A stretch of 64,000 nucleotides of DNA. Origin: an uncultured Acidobacteriota bacterium. GTDB lineage: Bacteria > Acidobacteriota > Vicinamibacteria > Vicinamibacterales > UBA8438. Made by a program: the position numbers and the translations under genes. The DNA lies in the NCBI GenBank assembly GCA_913043225.1, contig CAJWLU010000002.1:1-64000 (forward strand). The letters are read 5' to 3'. The notes below the pieces were generated by a model that was not told where the DNA came from, did no database searches, and saw only the letters and a list, made by a program, of their open reading frames with translations. Of this stretch, positions 31,058 through 41,300 are shown in pieces (the first letter of the stretch is position 1; each line of letters begins with the position of its first letter).

Positions 31058-31363
31058 ACCTGACTCCTCAGACTAGATACCCGAACCCCACGACTACCTC
31101 CGCGGCGCTCAGACGCTCCGCGAGCCGACACGGGGCCTGACGCTACCTCAAAACCTGCCTGATGCCGGTCTGGGACACGCCAGTGACTTCCGTAATCCCT
31201 TTTGGATCACGGATTTTCGACCCTTCGCTGGCTATCCACGGCCCGACCGCGCCAACCGTGGCTACGGCGTTTGTGACTAGTAACCCAGCTTGAGAGAGGC
31301 CAGTCTAGTGAGGTTCGTTGGTCGAAGTCAAGCGAGATGGTAGTCTCTCGCCGAGCGGTCCAA

Positions 31364-31702
31364 CTACTCCTGAGAGGCGGTGTCGGCCGGTTTCTCTGGA
31401 GGCGCGGGGGCTTTAGCGGCTGGCGTCGACTCGGCGCTTGGCGCGGCTTTCTCGGTCGCGGCTGGTTGCGCCGTTGCGGGTTCGACTGGGGTCGGCTTGG
31501 TCGCATCGCCCTCAGCCGCTGGTTTCGGCGCTGGCTTGGGCTTGGGCGGCTTGACAGGCGGATAGGTTGTCCAGAAATGCCGGTTGCAGGCCGGGCACTC
31601 CCAGAACTGCTGCGGCGGCCAGGGATCTTGCGGGCCTGGGTCCTTGAGGTCCATCTGGGTGCCGCACCGCTGGCAACGGACGGAGACGTCGGGGTGATTC
31701 AT
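31364..31702 (-). CDS. Small zinc-ribbon protein with Pro/Ala/Lys-rich tail
   Basis: CQRC..WECPAC; TAGAAT 6 nt before the ATG. Confidence 0.75.
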   Translation of the reverse strand: MNHPDVSVRCQRCGTQMDLKDPGPQDPWPPQQFWECPACNRHFWTTYPPVKPPKPKPAPKPAAEGDATKPTPVEPATAQPAATEKAAPSAESTPAAKAPAPPEKPADTASQE

Positions 31703-31767
31703 GGCGAGATTCTATTGTTCCCTTCGGCGGGGGTGCAACCCGACCGGATCCGTCGGGGAGAGCTAGC

Positions 31768-32376
31768 GTGATCCCAGGGGTGATTCTCGCCGGCGGCGCA
31801 TCCTCGCGCATGTCGGGACGACCCAAGGCGCTGCTGCCGTTGGGCCCCGACCCACAGTCGTTTCTCTCGCGAATCGTCCAGTCCTTGCGTGACTCGGGCG
31901 TCGACGATGTCATCGTCGTGGCCGGTTATCACCTTGACGAGATCACACGACATGTCGAGGGACAGAACCTACCGGTTCGCATCGTTCCGAATCCGCATCC
32001 CGAGCAGGGGCAGCTGTCCTCGCTGCTGGCTGGGCTGCGCGCCGTCGATCACCCCGGGGTGCAGGCGATGCTGGTCACCCTCGTCGACCTCCCGCTGATC
32101 GCCTCCGACACCGCGCGCGCAGTGCTCGATGCCTACCGTGACAGCTGTGCCCCTCTCGTTCGCCCTGCTCGTTCCGGGCGCCATGGGCACCCGGTACTCT
32201 TCGACCGGAGCCTTTTCGATGAGCTGCGTCGCGCCGATCCCGAACGCGGAGCGAAACCGGTGGTTCGAGCGCATGCGGCCGAGGGTGTCGAGGTGGAGGT
32301 GAACGATAACGGGGCGTTCGACGACATTGATACACCTGCCGACTATGAGCGGGTGTTCGGGCAGCTTCCGGTTTAG
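31768..32376 (+). CDS. MocA/MobA-like nucleotidyltransferase
   Basis: ILAGGASSRM..PKALL, GHPVLF, DIDTPADY. Confidence 0.9.
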   Translation: MIPGVILAGGASSRMSGRPKALLPLGPDPQSFLSRIVQSLRDSGVDDVIVVAGYHLDEITRHVEGQNLPVRIVPNPHPEQGQLSSLLAGLRAVDHPGVQAMLVTLVDLPLIASDTARAVLDAYRDSCAPLVRPARSGRHGHPVLFDRSLFDELRRADPERGAKPVVRAHAAEGVEVEVNDNGAFDDIDTPADYERVFGQLPV

Positions 32377-32433
32377 CGTGCTGTGGTCAGCGTGCGCCGC
32401 ACGTTCGAGCTTGGGACGTCGGGGAAAAAAGGA

Positions 32434-32509
32434 TGGTGGACCAGACGGGGGTCGAACCCGTGACCTCGTGAATGCCATTCACGCGCGCTCCCAACTGCGC
32501 CACTGGCCC
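32434..32509 (-). tRNA. tRNA-Ala (GGC)
   Basis: 76-nt cloverleaf, anticodon GGC, G3:U70 pair, encoded CCA. Confidence 0.96.
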
Positions 32510-32524
32510 ACACAAGGGGTCATT

Positions 32525-33586
32525 CTAGTATTCGCCGAACATACGCTGCAACTCGGCCTCATCGGTGGTCTCGGTCAGGCCGAGCATCAAGAGAATCCTC
32601 GCCTTTATCGGTGCTAGGTCCTCTCCCGCGATCGCCTGGCGTTGTTGCCGGTCAGGGTCGTTGTTGCCGTTGGCGGGTGGGCGCGGGGCAACCCGTCCGC
32701 GGCCGGTTCGGGATGCGATCACCACGCGGACGCCACGCTCATTCGCATACACGATGGCATCGCGCTGTCCGCTGCTGGTTGCTCCCGCGCCGGCACCGGC
32801 TACCACGATACCTTCCGCGCCCTGATCCACCGCGGCGCGGATGAGATCTCCGGTTGCGCCCTGATAGGTCATGACCACGTCCACTCGTGGGAGACGAGCC
32901 ACGCCGTCCAGGTTGAACTCGCTTGTGCCTGTATGCCGTCGTTCGAGGCTTCGGTAGTAAACGATGCGGTCCCGCGCCACTGTCCCCAGCATCCCGTAGC
33001 CGCGCGCCTCGAAGGTCTGGAGGTTGAGCGCGTCGGTCTTGGTCACTTCCCGCGCCGAGTTGATCTCGTCGTTGAGGACCACCAGCACGCCGCGTCCGCG
33101 TGATGCCTCGTACGAGGCCACTCGGAACGCCTGACGAAGGTTCGCGGCACCGTCATAGCCCTGGGTCTCTGGGCGACGCATCGAACCTACCACCACGACT
33201 GGGCGTTCGTCGCGTACGGTCAGGTGTAGAAAGAACGCCAGTTCCTCGAGGGTGTCGGTGCCGCTCGTCACGACGACACCGGCCAACTCAGGGTCGGCGC
33301 TGAGCAGCTGATTGATCCGTCGCGTCAGGCGCAGCCACTGGTCGAGCGTCAGTGCGCTGCTGGGGACGTTGGCGAATTCCTCGGTTTCGACCGCGACCAG
33401 ATCGCGGAGGTCAGGCACCAGTTCGATCAGTTCATCTGGCGTGAGGCGTTCGCCGGGACGGTTGGAGATAGTGCCGCCGGTTGTGATGAGGCGCACGCGC
33501 GGCGTCTCGGCGGCGAGGTCGGGGACCGTGGCCCCGATCGTAGCCGCCACCAGCAGTCCGCCGATTGGCAGCGTGCGGCGCCACAT
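32525..33586 (-). CDS. Secreted L-asparaginase (type II-like)
   Basis: Signal peptide; TGGTIS; GTDTLEE; VGSMR. Confidence 0.9.
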   Translation of the reverse strand: MWRRTLPIGGLLVAATIGATVPDLAAETPRVRLITTGGTISNRPGERLTPDELIELVPDLRDLVAVETEEFANVPSSALTLDQWLRLTRRINQLLSADPELAGVVVTSGTDTLEELAFFLHLTVRDERPVVVVGSMRRPETQGYDGAANLRQAFRVASYEASRGRGVLVVLNDEINSAREVTKTDALNLQTFEARGYGMLGTVARDRIVYYRSLERRHTGTSEFNLDGVARLPRVDVVMTYQGATGDLIRAAVDQGAEGIVVAGAGAGATSSGQRDAIVYANERGVRVVIASRTGRGRVAPRPPANGNNDPDRQQRQAIAGEDLAPIKARILLMLGLTETTDEAELQRMFGEY

Positions 33587-33650
33587 GTCGTAGGTCCTGG
33601 CGCAGGCCGGCCCACTGGCCAGAGCTTGCCTCCGTACTATACCGGAACTG

Positions 33651-33866
33651 TCAGGCTTCTTTCGGGCCCGCGGTCAGGGCGAGAGTCAGCCAGGTTGTGA
33701 GCTGCTCGACCGCTTCGTCCGCAGTCGGCCCGTAGAAGGGCATCAGCGCGGTAGATCCGCCCGGCACGCTGACAAGGTAGGCACGCCACCGGTCCGGATC
33801 GACGAGCATCGCCTCAATCCGGTATGTCTTCCCGTTGATCGTTTGGTCGAATTGTTGAACGGTCAC
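33651..33866 (-). CDS. Small hypothetical protein, HicB-N-like
   Basis: W..YLV..PG..GPTADEA..Q...W pattern. Start placed at GTG 33866. Confidence 0.6.
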   Translation of the reverse strand: MTVQQFDQTINGKTYRIEAMLVDPDRWRAYLVSVPGGSTALMPFYGPTADEAVEQLTTWLTLALTAGPKEA

Positions 33867-34021
33867 GAGATCGCTTCGAAACGTCGATAAGGGGAACGGA
33901 GGGATTCTAGGCCAGTGCCAAGGGCGGTCGAAAGCGAAGGGAATCGCGAAGACCGGTGCACAACGATGTAAGGCCAAGCGTTGCAATCGATTCGAGACGT
34001 AAAAAAAGTTTAATTCCCCTA

Positions 34022-34063
34022 CTTTTCACATCGGATTCACACGCTTTCCACAGTTTTTCCACA
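34022..34063 (+). promoter_or_regulatory. Cluster of four phased DnaA-box-like sites
   Basis: CTTTTCACA, GGATTCACA, CTTTCCACA, TTTTCCACA starting at 34022, 34033, 34044 and 34055; AT-rich patch at ~34000-34015. Confidence 0.65.
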
Positions 34064-34117
34064 GACGCGCGGCGATCTCTTCAGCCAAGGCCGGCCTCTT
34101 CCGCTTTCGGGAGGGTT

Positions 34118-35473
34118 GTGTGTCTGTTCGCGATCATCTCGATTCTCGCTGCTGGGGTGGCGGTAGCCAGTGCCGATAGCCCCGGAAACACGCGCGTGTT
34201 TCCTGTGACGCTGGCCGATGGTGGGCTTATCCTCAGCCTGGGAGACCCGGCTCGGGTCGGCGACATGCTTGTCCTGTCAGTGCCCCTGGTGTTTGACGAG
34301 ACCGGCGGATGGAGCCAACTGGTGACCATCCCGCTGGCCGCGGTTGATTGGACGCTCACGGCGCGTCATGCCGAAGCGGTGCGCGCGGAACGATACGCCG
34401 AGATCTCCGGGGCGGGCGACTACGCTTGACTGATCGCGGAGGTTGCGCGCGCTCTTCAGGTGCTGGTGGCGACCGAGAACCATGCCGCGCGGTCTTCCAT
34501 CGCGATCAAAACCAGGCGCCAGGTTTTCGACTGGAGCTTGGCACACTATGGGTATCGCTACGACGAGCTGCAAGAGATTGTGGCCATGTTCGACGCCCGA
34601 CTGGCGCATCTGGCTCCTGATCAGGTGGGGCCGGTCAGGGTCACGTTGCTGCCGTCGCCTCCACCGTCCTCGCCCAGCATCGATTTGGATAGTCCGATCG
34701 CCATTGCCACGCAGGCGATGACCGCGGCGCGACTTACCTCGGTGCCGGCCGAACGGACTGGGTTGTTGCAAGGCGTGCTCGGTCTAATCGCGACCGAAGC
34801 CGACCGGCTGCCTGGTGACTGGCGCCGCGATATGACACGACAGGTCACCGCGTGGCTACAGCTCGAGGACCAGCTGGACCGCGCCTACGGCGAGATGGTC
34901 GTCATGCTCCTGGCGCGTGCCCATCTGGCGACACGCGAGGCTGACGTGGCCGAGGTGGTTGCTGTCGCAATTGATCTCGCGACGGGCGACGATGAGCTCG
35001 GGACCCGCCGACCCGGTATGGTGTCGGCTGCCGCGGTCACCATCGAGCAGATGCGGGAGGAGGCGATGGCTCTCGACCACGCACGTCGCGCCTGGGCTAC
35101 CCGCAGCTCGCGCCACGAGGCGGTCGGCGAGTGGTTCGGGCGGACCCTGCTCAAGGCCAACGAGTATCGTTCTCTGGTAGAGGGGATTGGGTCTCAGACG
35201 GTGAGCGCGTTCGATGCGGCGGTCTTGGAGCGGCGTTTTCGGACGCTGCTCGACACACTCGAAACTCCGCGGTCGCCGGCCGGGTTCGAGGGAGTACACT
35301 CTCTGCTGCGCCGAGCGTTGCAGCTCGCCGCCGGCGCGGCCCGGCTTCGTCGTCAGAGTGAGGATCCTGCGAGGGCACGCGATGCCGCGTCGGCCGCCTC
35401 CGGCGCGCTCATGCTGCTCGACGAGACCGAGGCGAAACTGGGTCGGTTGCTGAGCTATCCCGAGTTGCCTTGA
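34118..35473 (+). pseudogene. Secreted hypothetical protein interrupted by one in-frame TGA (34427-34429)
   Basis: The ORFs ending at 34429 and starting at 34460 share a frame, and the frame is open across the TGA. Signal-peptide-like N-terminus. Confidence 0.6.
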
Positions 35474-38382
35474 TCACCCCTCGCCAGACCACGCTCTTTC
35501 CCACTCCAGATCTCGCTACCTTTCACCACACGCTCGCTGGCTGCCTCGCGTCGGCATCCCCCTGGGAGCTGCGCGACACCGTTGTCCTGGTGCCTTCCCG
35601 CGCGGCCGCCGTCCAACTGCAGTGGACCTTGGAATCGATTCAGCTCGATCGTCAGAGCGCGGTGTGTCAGCCGCGTCTGTTGACGCGCGACGAGTTTTAT
35701 GGCGAACTGCACCGCCGCCTCGACCCGCGGCCCAGTTTGTTGAGCCCGATCGAGCGCCTTGTCTGGATACGGGCCGCGGCCGAGGCCGCAGTCGCGGTCG
35801 GAGCGAACCCGCCGTTCAAGCTGAGGCCCGGTCTCGTCAGCGAGTTCATCGCGTTCTATGACGAACTCCGGCGTCACGATCGGACGGTCGAAGCGTTCGA
35901 GCGCCTGATGGTCGGCGAGCTCGACGCCAGCGCCGAGCACGACCGTGGCGCCAGGCGCATGCTTCGGCAAACACGGTTCCTGGCGCTCATGTATCGCTAC
36001 TACGAGACGCGCCTGACCGACAGCGGCTCGGTGGACGAGCATCGATTGCGGGAGCGGGCCCTCGACGCCGGGCTGTATCTCCCGATCCGTCACGTGGTTG
36101 TGACTACGGGCGACCAAGCCACCGGCACCGAGGGGTTGTGGCCGGCCGACATCACCCTGCTCGCCCGGTTGAGCGGCCTCGAGAAGGTCGACGTGGTGTC
36201 CACCGTCGCTGTTCTCGACGCGGGATGGCGCGCTCGGATCGAGACGCTGTGGCCGGGGATCGAAGTGTGTTTCTGCGAATCGGTTTCCCGAGAGACCACG
36301 CGTCTCGTGGTGCCGATCGACGGTGACGGCCGCCGGCACTTCGTCTGGCGTGACCGGGAGGAGGAGCTGCTCGCCGTGGCCAGGGACGTGAAGGCGCGCG
36401 ACCCGGCCGAGCGGACGGCGGTGGTGTTTCAGCGGCCGTTGCCGTACCTCTACCTAGCCCGTCAGGTGTTCACCTCAGCGGACTTGCCGTTCGACGCTCA
36501 CGACACGTTGCCGCTCGCGGCAGAGCCCTTCGCGGCGGCGCTCGACCTGGTGCTCGCCTTTGCCGCCTCCGGCCACGCGCGCGTGCCGACCCTCGAACTC
36601 CTCCGGTCGCCGCACTTTGATTTCCGGTCCGACGACAAGCCGCTGGCCGCGCGGGAAATCAGCCGGTTCGACCAGGCGCTGGTTGACGCCCGCTACGCTG
36701 GGGACGCCGCAACGCTCGCGTCGCTGGCCGAGCGGTGGCGCAGCGGCGGTGGGAGGGGGAGGACCGCGGTCGCGATTGCCACTGTGGTGGGACGCCTGGC
36801 CGACGAGCTGGCGCCTTTGACCGAAACCGCCTCCGCGAGCACGCTGCTCGATTGCCTACTCACGTTTCTGGAGCGCTATCGCCCGGATCCGGAGCCCGAC
36901 GACGACCCCGAATCGCGATCCGCCCGAGCCCGGGCCGCTGTCGTCGGACTGGTCAGGGAGCTGAGGGACGCGCACCGGCAGCATGATGATCCGGAGGCCG
37001 ATCTGTTCTGGGTTACCTCGACGCTTCGACGCCTGATCGAGGGCGCGACCTTTGCTGCCCAGAGTGGAGGGGCTGGCGTGTCGCTGCTCGATGCGAGCGC
37101 GGCTCGTTACGGTCGGTTCGACACCGTCATACTCGCCGGGCTGGTGGATGGAGAGTGGCCCGAGCGGAGCCGCCAGAGTGCGCTCTATCCGGCGTCGCTG
37201 ACTGGCCAATTCGGCTGGGCGCGCGAGATCGACCGCCTGCGGGCGGGGCGTGCCGCGTTCGACGACCTTTTGTCGCTGGCGCGGTCACGCGTACTCGTCT
37301 CGACCGTAGCCTTCGAGGACGATGCGGTGGCTACAGCCTCGGTGCTCCTCGAAGACCTCCAGGAATCCGGGCTCGACCTGCAAGCCGAACCGACGCCCTC
37401 CGGTCGCGTTACCCTGGAAGCGGGGTTGGCCGAGACGCCCGAGCGGGTGCCGCTCGCCGGCGAGATGGCTCGTTGGTTCGACCTCCGTCTCGCGCGTGGC
37501 ATCGAGGTGGGTCCGGCTCGGCGAGGAGCCATGGGGCCGCAGGCGGCCCTGCAGTACAGCGTCAGCGGGGTCGAGCGGTACCTGAGTTGCCCGTTCAAGT
37601 ACTTCGCTTCCTCGGTGCTCCGGCTCGGCGAAGAGCCGCATGACGAACTCATCATGACGCCGCGCACCCGTGGTCGGTTCGTCCATGAGGTACTGCGGGC
37701 GTTTTTCGAGGCCTGGGCGGCTGCCGGCCAGTGCGCCATCGACGGAGATTCGCTCGAGGCGGCGCGGGAACTGGTGCGGGAGGTTGCCGAACGCCATCTT
37801 GCCGAGTTGCCCCCGCGAGACCGTGCGGTCGAACGGGCGTGGTTGCTCGGGTCGCCTGCCGCGGCCGGAGTCGTCGACCGTCTGCTCCTCTTCGAGGTCG
37901 AGCGGCCGGGCCTGGTGCGAGAGCGATTGCTCGAGCATCCGTTCGATGACCGCTTTACGTTCAGCGGACCAAAGGGGGACCAGGTGGTCCAGCTGCGGGG
38001 CATCGCCGACCGCATCGACCTCCTGGACGGCGGGCAGCTCCGGATTGTCGATTACAAGACTGGCCGGGCGCCCAACCGGAAGGTGTCGGTGCAGCTTCCC
38101 GTCTATGGACGCTGTGCCGAGCAACAGCTCCACGAGCGAGACGGCCAGGACTGGGTGGTGGTTGATGCCGGCTACGTCGCCTTTGGCGAGCCGCATGGCT
38201 GGGTGCCGCTCGACCGACGGGCGACCGTGGATCAGGCCATGGCCGACGGTCAGGAGCGCTTTCTTACCGCAGTCGCTGGCATTGAGTCTGGAGCGTTTCC
38301 GGCTCGTCCCGTCGAGCCGTTCCGCTGTCAGTACTGCGAGTATCCGACCGTGTGTCGAAAGGACTATGTCGGTGACGAGTGA
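35470..38382 (+). CDS. addB: AddB/RexB-like PD-(D/E)XK nuclease subunit
   Basis: Inactive helicase-like body; YLSCPF, GIADRID, IVDYKTG, CQYCEYPTVC (Fe-S staple Cys). Confidence 0.85.
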   Translation: MITPRQTTLFPTPDLATFHHTLAGCLASASPWELRDTVVLVPSRAAAVQLQWTLESIQLDRQSAVCQPRLLTRDEFYGELHRRLDPRPSLLSPIERLVWIRAAAEAAVAVGANPPFKLRPGLVSEFIAFYDELRRHDRTVEAFERLMVGELDASAEHDRGARRMLRQTRFLALMYRYYETRLTDSGSVDEHRLRERALDAGLYLPIRHVVVTTGDQATGTEGLWPADITLLARLSGLEKVDVVSTVAVLDAGWRARIETLWPGIEVCFCESVSRETTRLVVPIDGDGRRHFVWRDREEELLAVARDVKARDPAERTAVVFQRPLPYLYLARQVFTSADLPFDAHDTLPLAAEPFAAALDLVLAFAASGHARVPTLELLRSPHFDFRSDDKPLAAREISRFDQALVDARYAGDAATLASLAERWRSGGGRGRTAVAIATVVGRLADELAPLTETASASTLLDCLLTFLERYRPDPEPDDDPESRSARARAAVVGLVRELRDAHRQHDDPEADLFWVTSTLRRLIEGATFAAQSGGAGVSLLDASAARYGRFDTVILAGLVDGEWPERSRQSALYPASLTGQFGWAREIDRLRAGRAAFDDLLSLARSRVLVSTVAFEDDAVATASVLLEDLQESGLDLQAEPTPSGRVTLEAGLAETPERVPLAGEMARWFDLRLARGIEVGPARRGAMGPQAALQYSVSGVERYLSCPFKYFASSVLRLGEEPHDELIMTPRTRGRFVHEVLRAFFEAWAAAGQCAIDGDSLEAARELVREVAERHLAELPPRDRAVERAWLLGSPAAAGVVDRLLLFEVERPGLVRERLLEHPFDDRFTFSGPKGDQVVQLRGIADRIDLLDGGQLRIVDYKTGRAPNRKVSVQLPVYGRCAEQQLHERDGQDWVVVDAGYVAFGEPHGWVPLDRRATVDQAMADGQERFLTAVAGIESGAFPARPVEPFRCQYCEYPTVCRKDYVGDE

Positions 38383-41300
38383 CGGCCAGTTCCCGCCGTT
38401 CGGTGAGACGTCGGTGCCAGGTCCTCCGTCGGAGTGGCCGCCGCTGCCAGACGCTGAAGCGCGAATTTTTGCCACGAACCCGGCCAACAACGTGGTGCTC
38501 GAGGCCTCGGCCGGTACCGGTAAAACCACGGTGCTGGTAACCCGCTACGTCAACCTACTTCGGGCGGGGGTGGATCCATCGAACATCCTGGCTATGACGT
38601 TTACCCGGCAGGCGGCCGCCGAGATGCGCGAGCGGATCATTCGCGAACTCCGGGTGTCGGCCGAACGGTCGGAGACCGACCGCGCCCGCTGGCGGGAGCT
38701 GCGGGATCGGTTGAGCGAGATCTCAATCAGCACGATCGACGCGTTCTGTCTGTCACTGCTGCGCGAGTTCCCACTAGAAGCGGATCTCGATCCGGCCTTC
38801 GGGATGGCCGATGCAACCGAGGTGCCTAGGCTGGTCGAGCAAGCCCTCGATAGGACGCTGGCCCATGGTGCGGCGGTGGCTGCCGAGGACGCTAATGTGG
38901 CGATGTTGCTGGCCAGGCTCGGTGCGGTGCGCGTGCGGGCCGGGCTCGCGCATTTGCTCGGCCGACGGCTTGTGGCGCCGGAGGCGTTGCAGCGCTACCT
39001 GGCGACAGGCCCGGCCGAACTCACCGCCGCGAGCGCATTGGCCAGCGCTGGGCGGCGACTTTCGGACGTGCTTCGTGGCGTCGACGGCGGTCTGCCGAGG
39101 TTCCTGGCTGATGGTCCAGAAGAGCACCCGAGGTTCCAGACCCTGGCGCGCGAGCTTCCCCGTCTGACGGAGCTGGCCGAGTCGTCGCATGAGTTGCTCC
39201 GCTCGCTGCTGGACCGAGTGCGCGAGTATTTCTTGACCCAGGACGGACGACCTCGTCAACGGTTCACGCTGGGCGAGCGCTACTGCCGGTCGGCCGCCGG
39301 TTGGCTCCGGCATCGTCAGGCGGCCAAGGCGCTCGCCCCGGCTGTGGCCTCGGCGCTCGCCGCCCTCGACCGAGATCTGAACGTGGTGATGGCGCGCGGC
39401 GCCAGGCGCCTGTTCGCCATCGCCGTCTCCGAGTACGAGCGCGAGCTCGCCAGTCGCTCGCTGCTCGATTTTTCGGACGTGCTTCGGAAGGCGCTCGATC
39501 TGCTGCGGCGCATGGACGAGTTCTCGCAAAGCCGGTTCCGGCTCGAGTCGCGCTATCACCATGTACTGGTCGACGAGTTTCAGGACACCAGTCGGGCGCA
39601 GTGGGAGCTGGTCTCGCTGCTGATCCAGTCCTGGGGTGAGGGTTTCGGGCTGGTGCACGATGCTCCGGTCCAGCCTTCGGTGTTTGTCGTCGGTGATCGC
39701 AAGCAGTCCATCTACGGCTTCCGGGATGCCGACGTGGCCGTGCTGCGGGACGCCGGACTCACCATCGAGCAACTAAGACCTGATGGCGACGCGCGACGCT
39801 CGATCGCGCACAGTTTTCGCTCTAGCGCACCGCTACTGCATTTTTTGAACGACCTGTTTGCGTCGTTCGAGAAGGCTGATCGACCGAGTGACGGCTTCTG
39901 CTACGACGATGCTGATCGGTTCCCGGTCGAGGCCCCTGACTCTGCGCTGTCGGGGAGGGGTGAGTCCACCCTGGGCCTTGTGCTCGACACCAGCGTCGCG
40001 GGGTGCGCGGAGCGGGTGGCTGGTGAGGTCGTACGATTGCTCGAATCGGGCACTGTGCGAGATCGTGAGACCGGCGTGCGCCGGCGAGCAATGCCTGGCG
40101 ATATTGCCATCCTGTTTCGTTCCCGGGAAACCCATCGCGAGTTCCAGGCGGCACTCGAGCGGCGGGATGTTCCCGCCTTTGTCTACAAGGGACTTGGCTT
40201 CTTCGACGCCGATGAGATCAAGGACTATCGAGCGCTACTGCGCTATCTGGCCGATCCCACGTCCGAGCTGCGTACGGCAGCGCTCCTGCGGTCGCGTCTG
40301 GTTGGTCTGTCAGACGCCGGGATTGCCCGGCTGGCAGGTCAGCTGTCCCGTAGTCTCGTCGACCCCGAGCCGCCAGACGAGTTCGGCCAGCTCTCGGAGA
40401 ACGACCAGGGACTACTTCTGGTGCTCCGCGATGGCGTCCGCAAGTGGCTGCAGGCGGCCGATCGGGTACCTCCGGTCGAACTGCTGGATCAGGTCGCGGC
40501 CGCTTGCGCCTATTCGGTCGAGCTTCGCGGTCCACGGTATGTCCAGGCTCGCGAGAACCTCAAGAAGATGCGTGGCCTCGTCCGGCGGGTCCAGAACCGT
40601 GGGTTCACGACCCTGTCTCGTCTGGCTGACCACATTGATCGGCTCTCTGGCGATATCTCGAACGCCGTGGTGGATGCGTTCGACGCCGTCAACTTGATGA
40701 CCGTTCATGCGGCCAAGGGGCTCGAGTTCCCGGTCGTGTTCTTGGTCGATTTGACTAGAGGCACGGGTGGGATTCCGTCTCCGATCCGGGTGGTCGCCGA
40801 CCGCGGCGACGGAGAGCCGGCGGTGACCGTCTCACCCTATCGTTCCGAGGTGGATGTCGACGGGAGGTTACGTGATATAGAAGAGACCAAGCGGCTGTTC
40901 TACGTCGCCGCCACCCGGGCCCGGGACCGTCTCTATCTCTCGGCGACGCTCCACGACGGTCAGCTGCGTCCCGCAGTAGGCAGCTTCGCCGGGGTGTTGC
41001 CGCCGCCGTTTCTCGAGTGGTGCGCCGAGTTTGCCCCCGACGAGGAGGGTGCGTTCGGATGGTGCGGACCGAGCGGTCTCGAGCACCGTTTCTCCGTCGT
41101 GGGCCCGGCGCCAGATGCGAGCCGCCCTCGCGCCTCGGCCGTGAGTGAAGGGCAGGATCGATTTGGTGCCTGGCGTCCGGAGTTGCCTCTTCCACGGGTC
41201 TACGCGTCTGTCTTGGTGGCTGCAGGAGAGGAGGACGAGGGCGGAACGGGTTGGGTGGACCGGGTGACCGGGCGACTCGTGCACCGCCTCCTGCAGCGCG

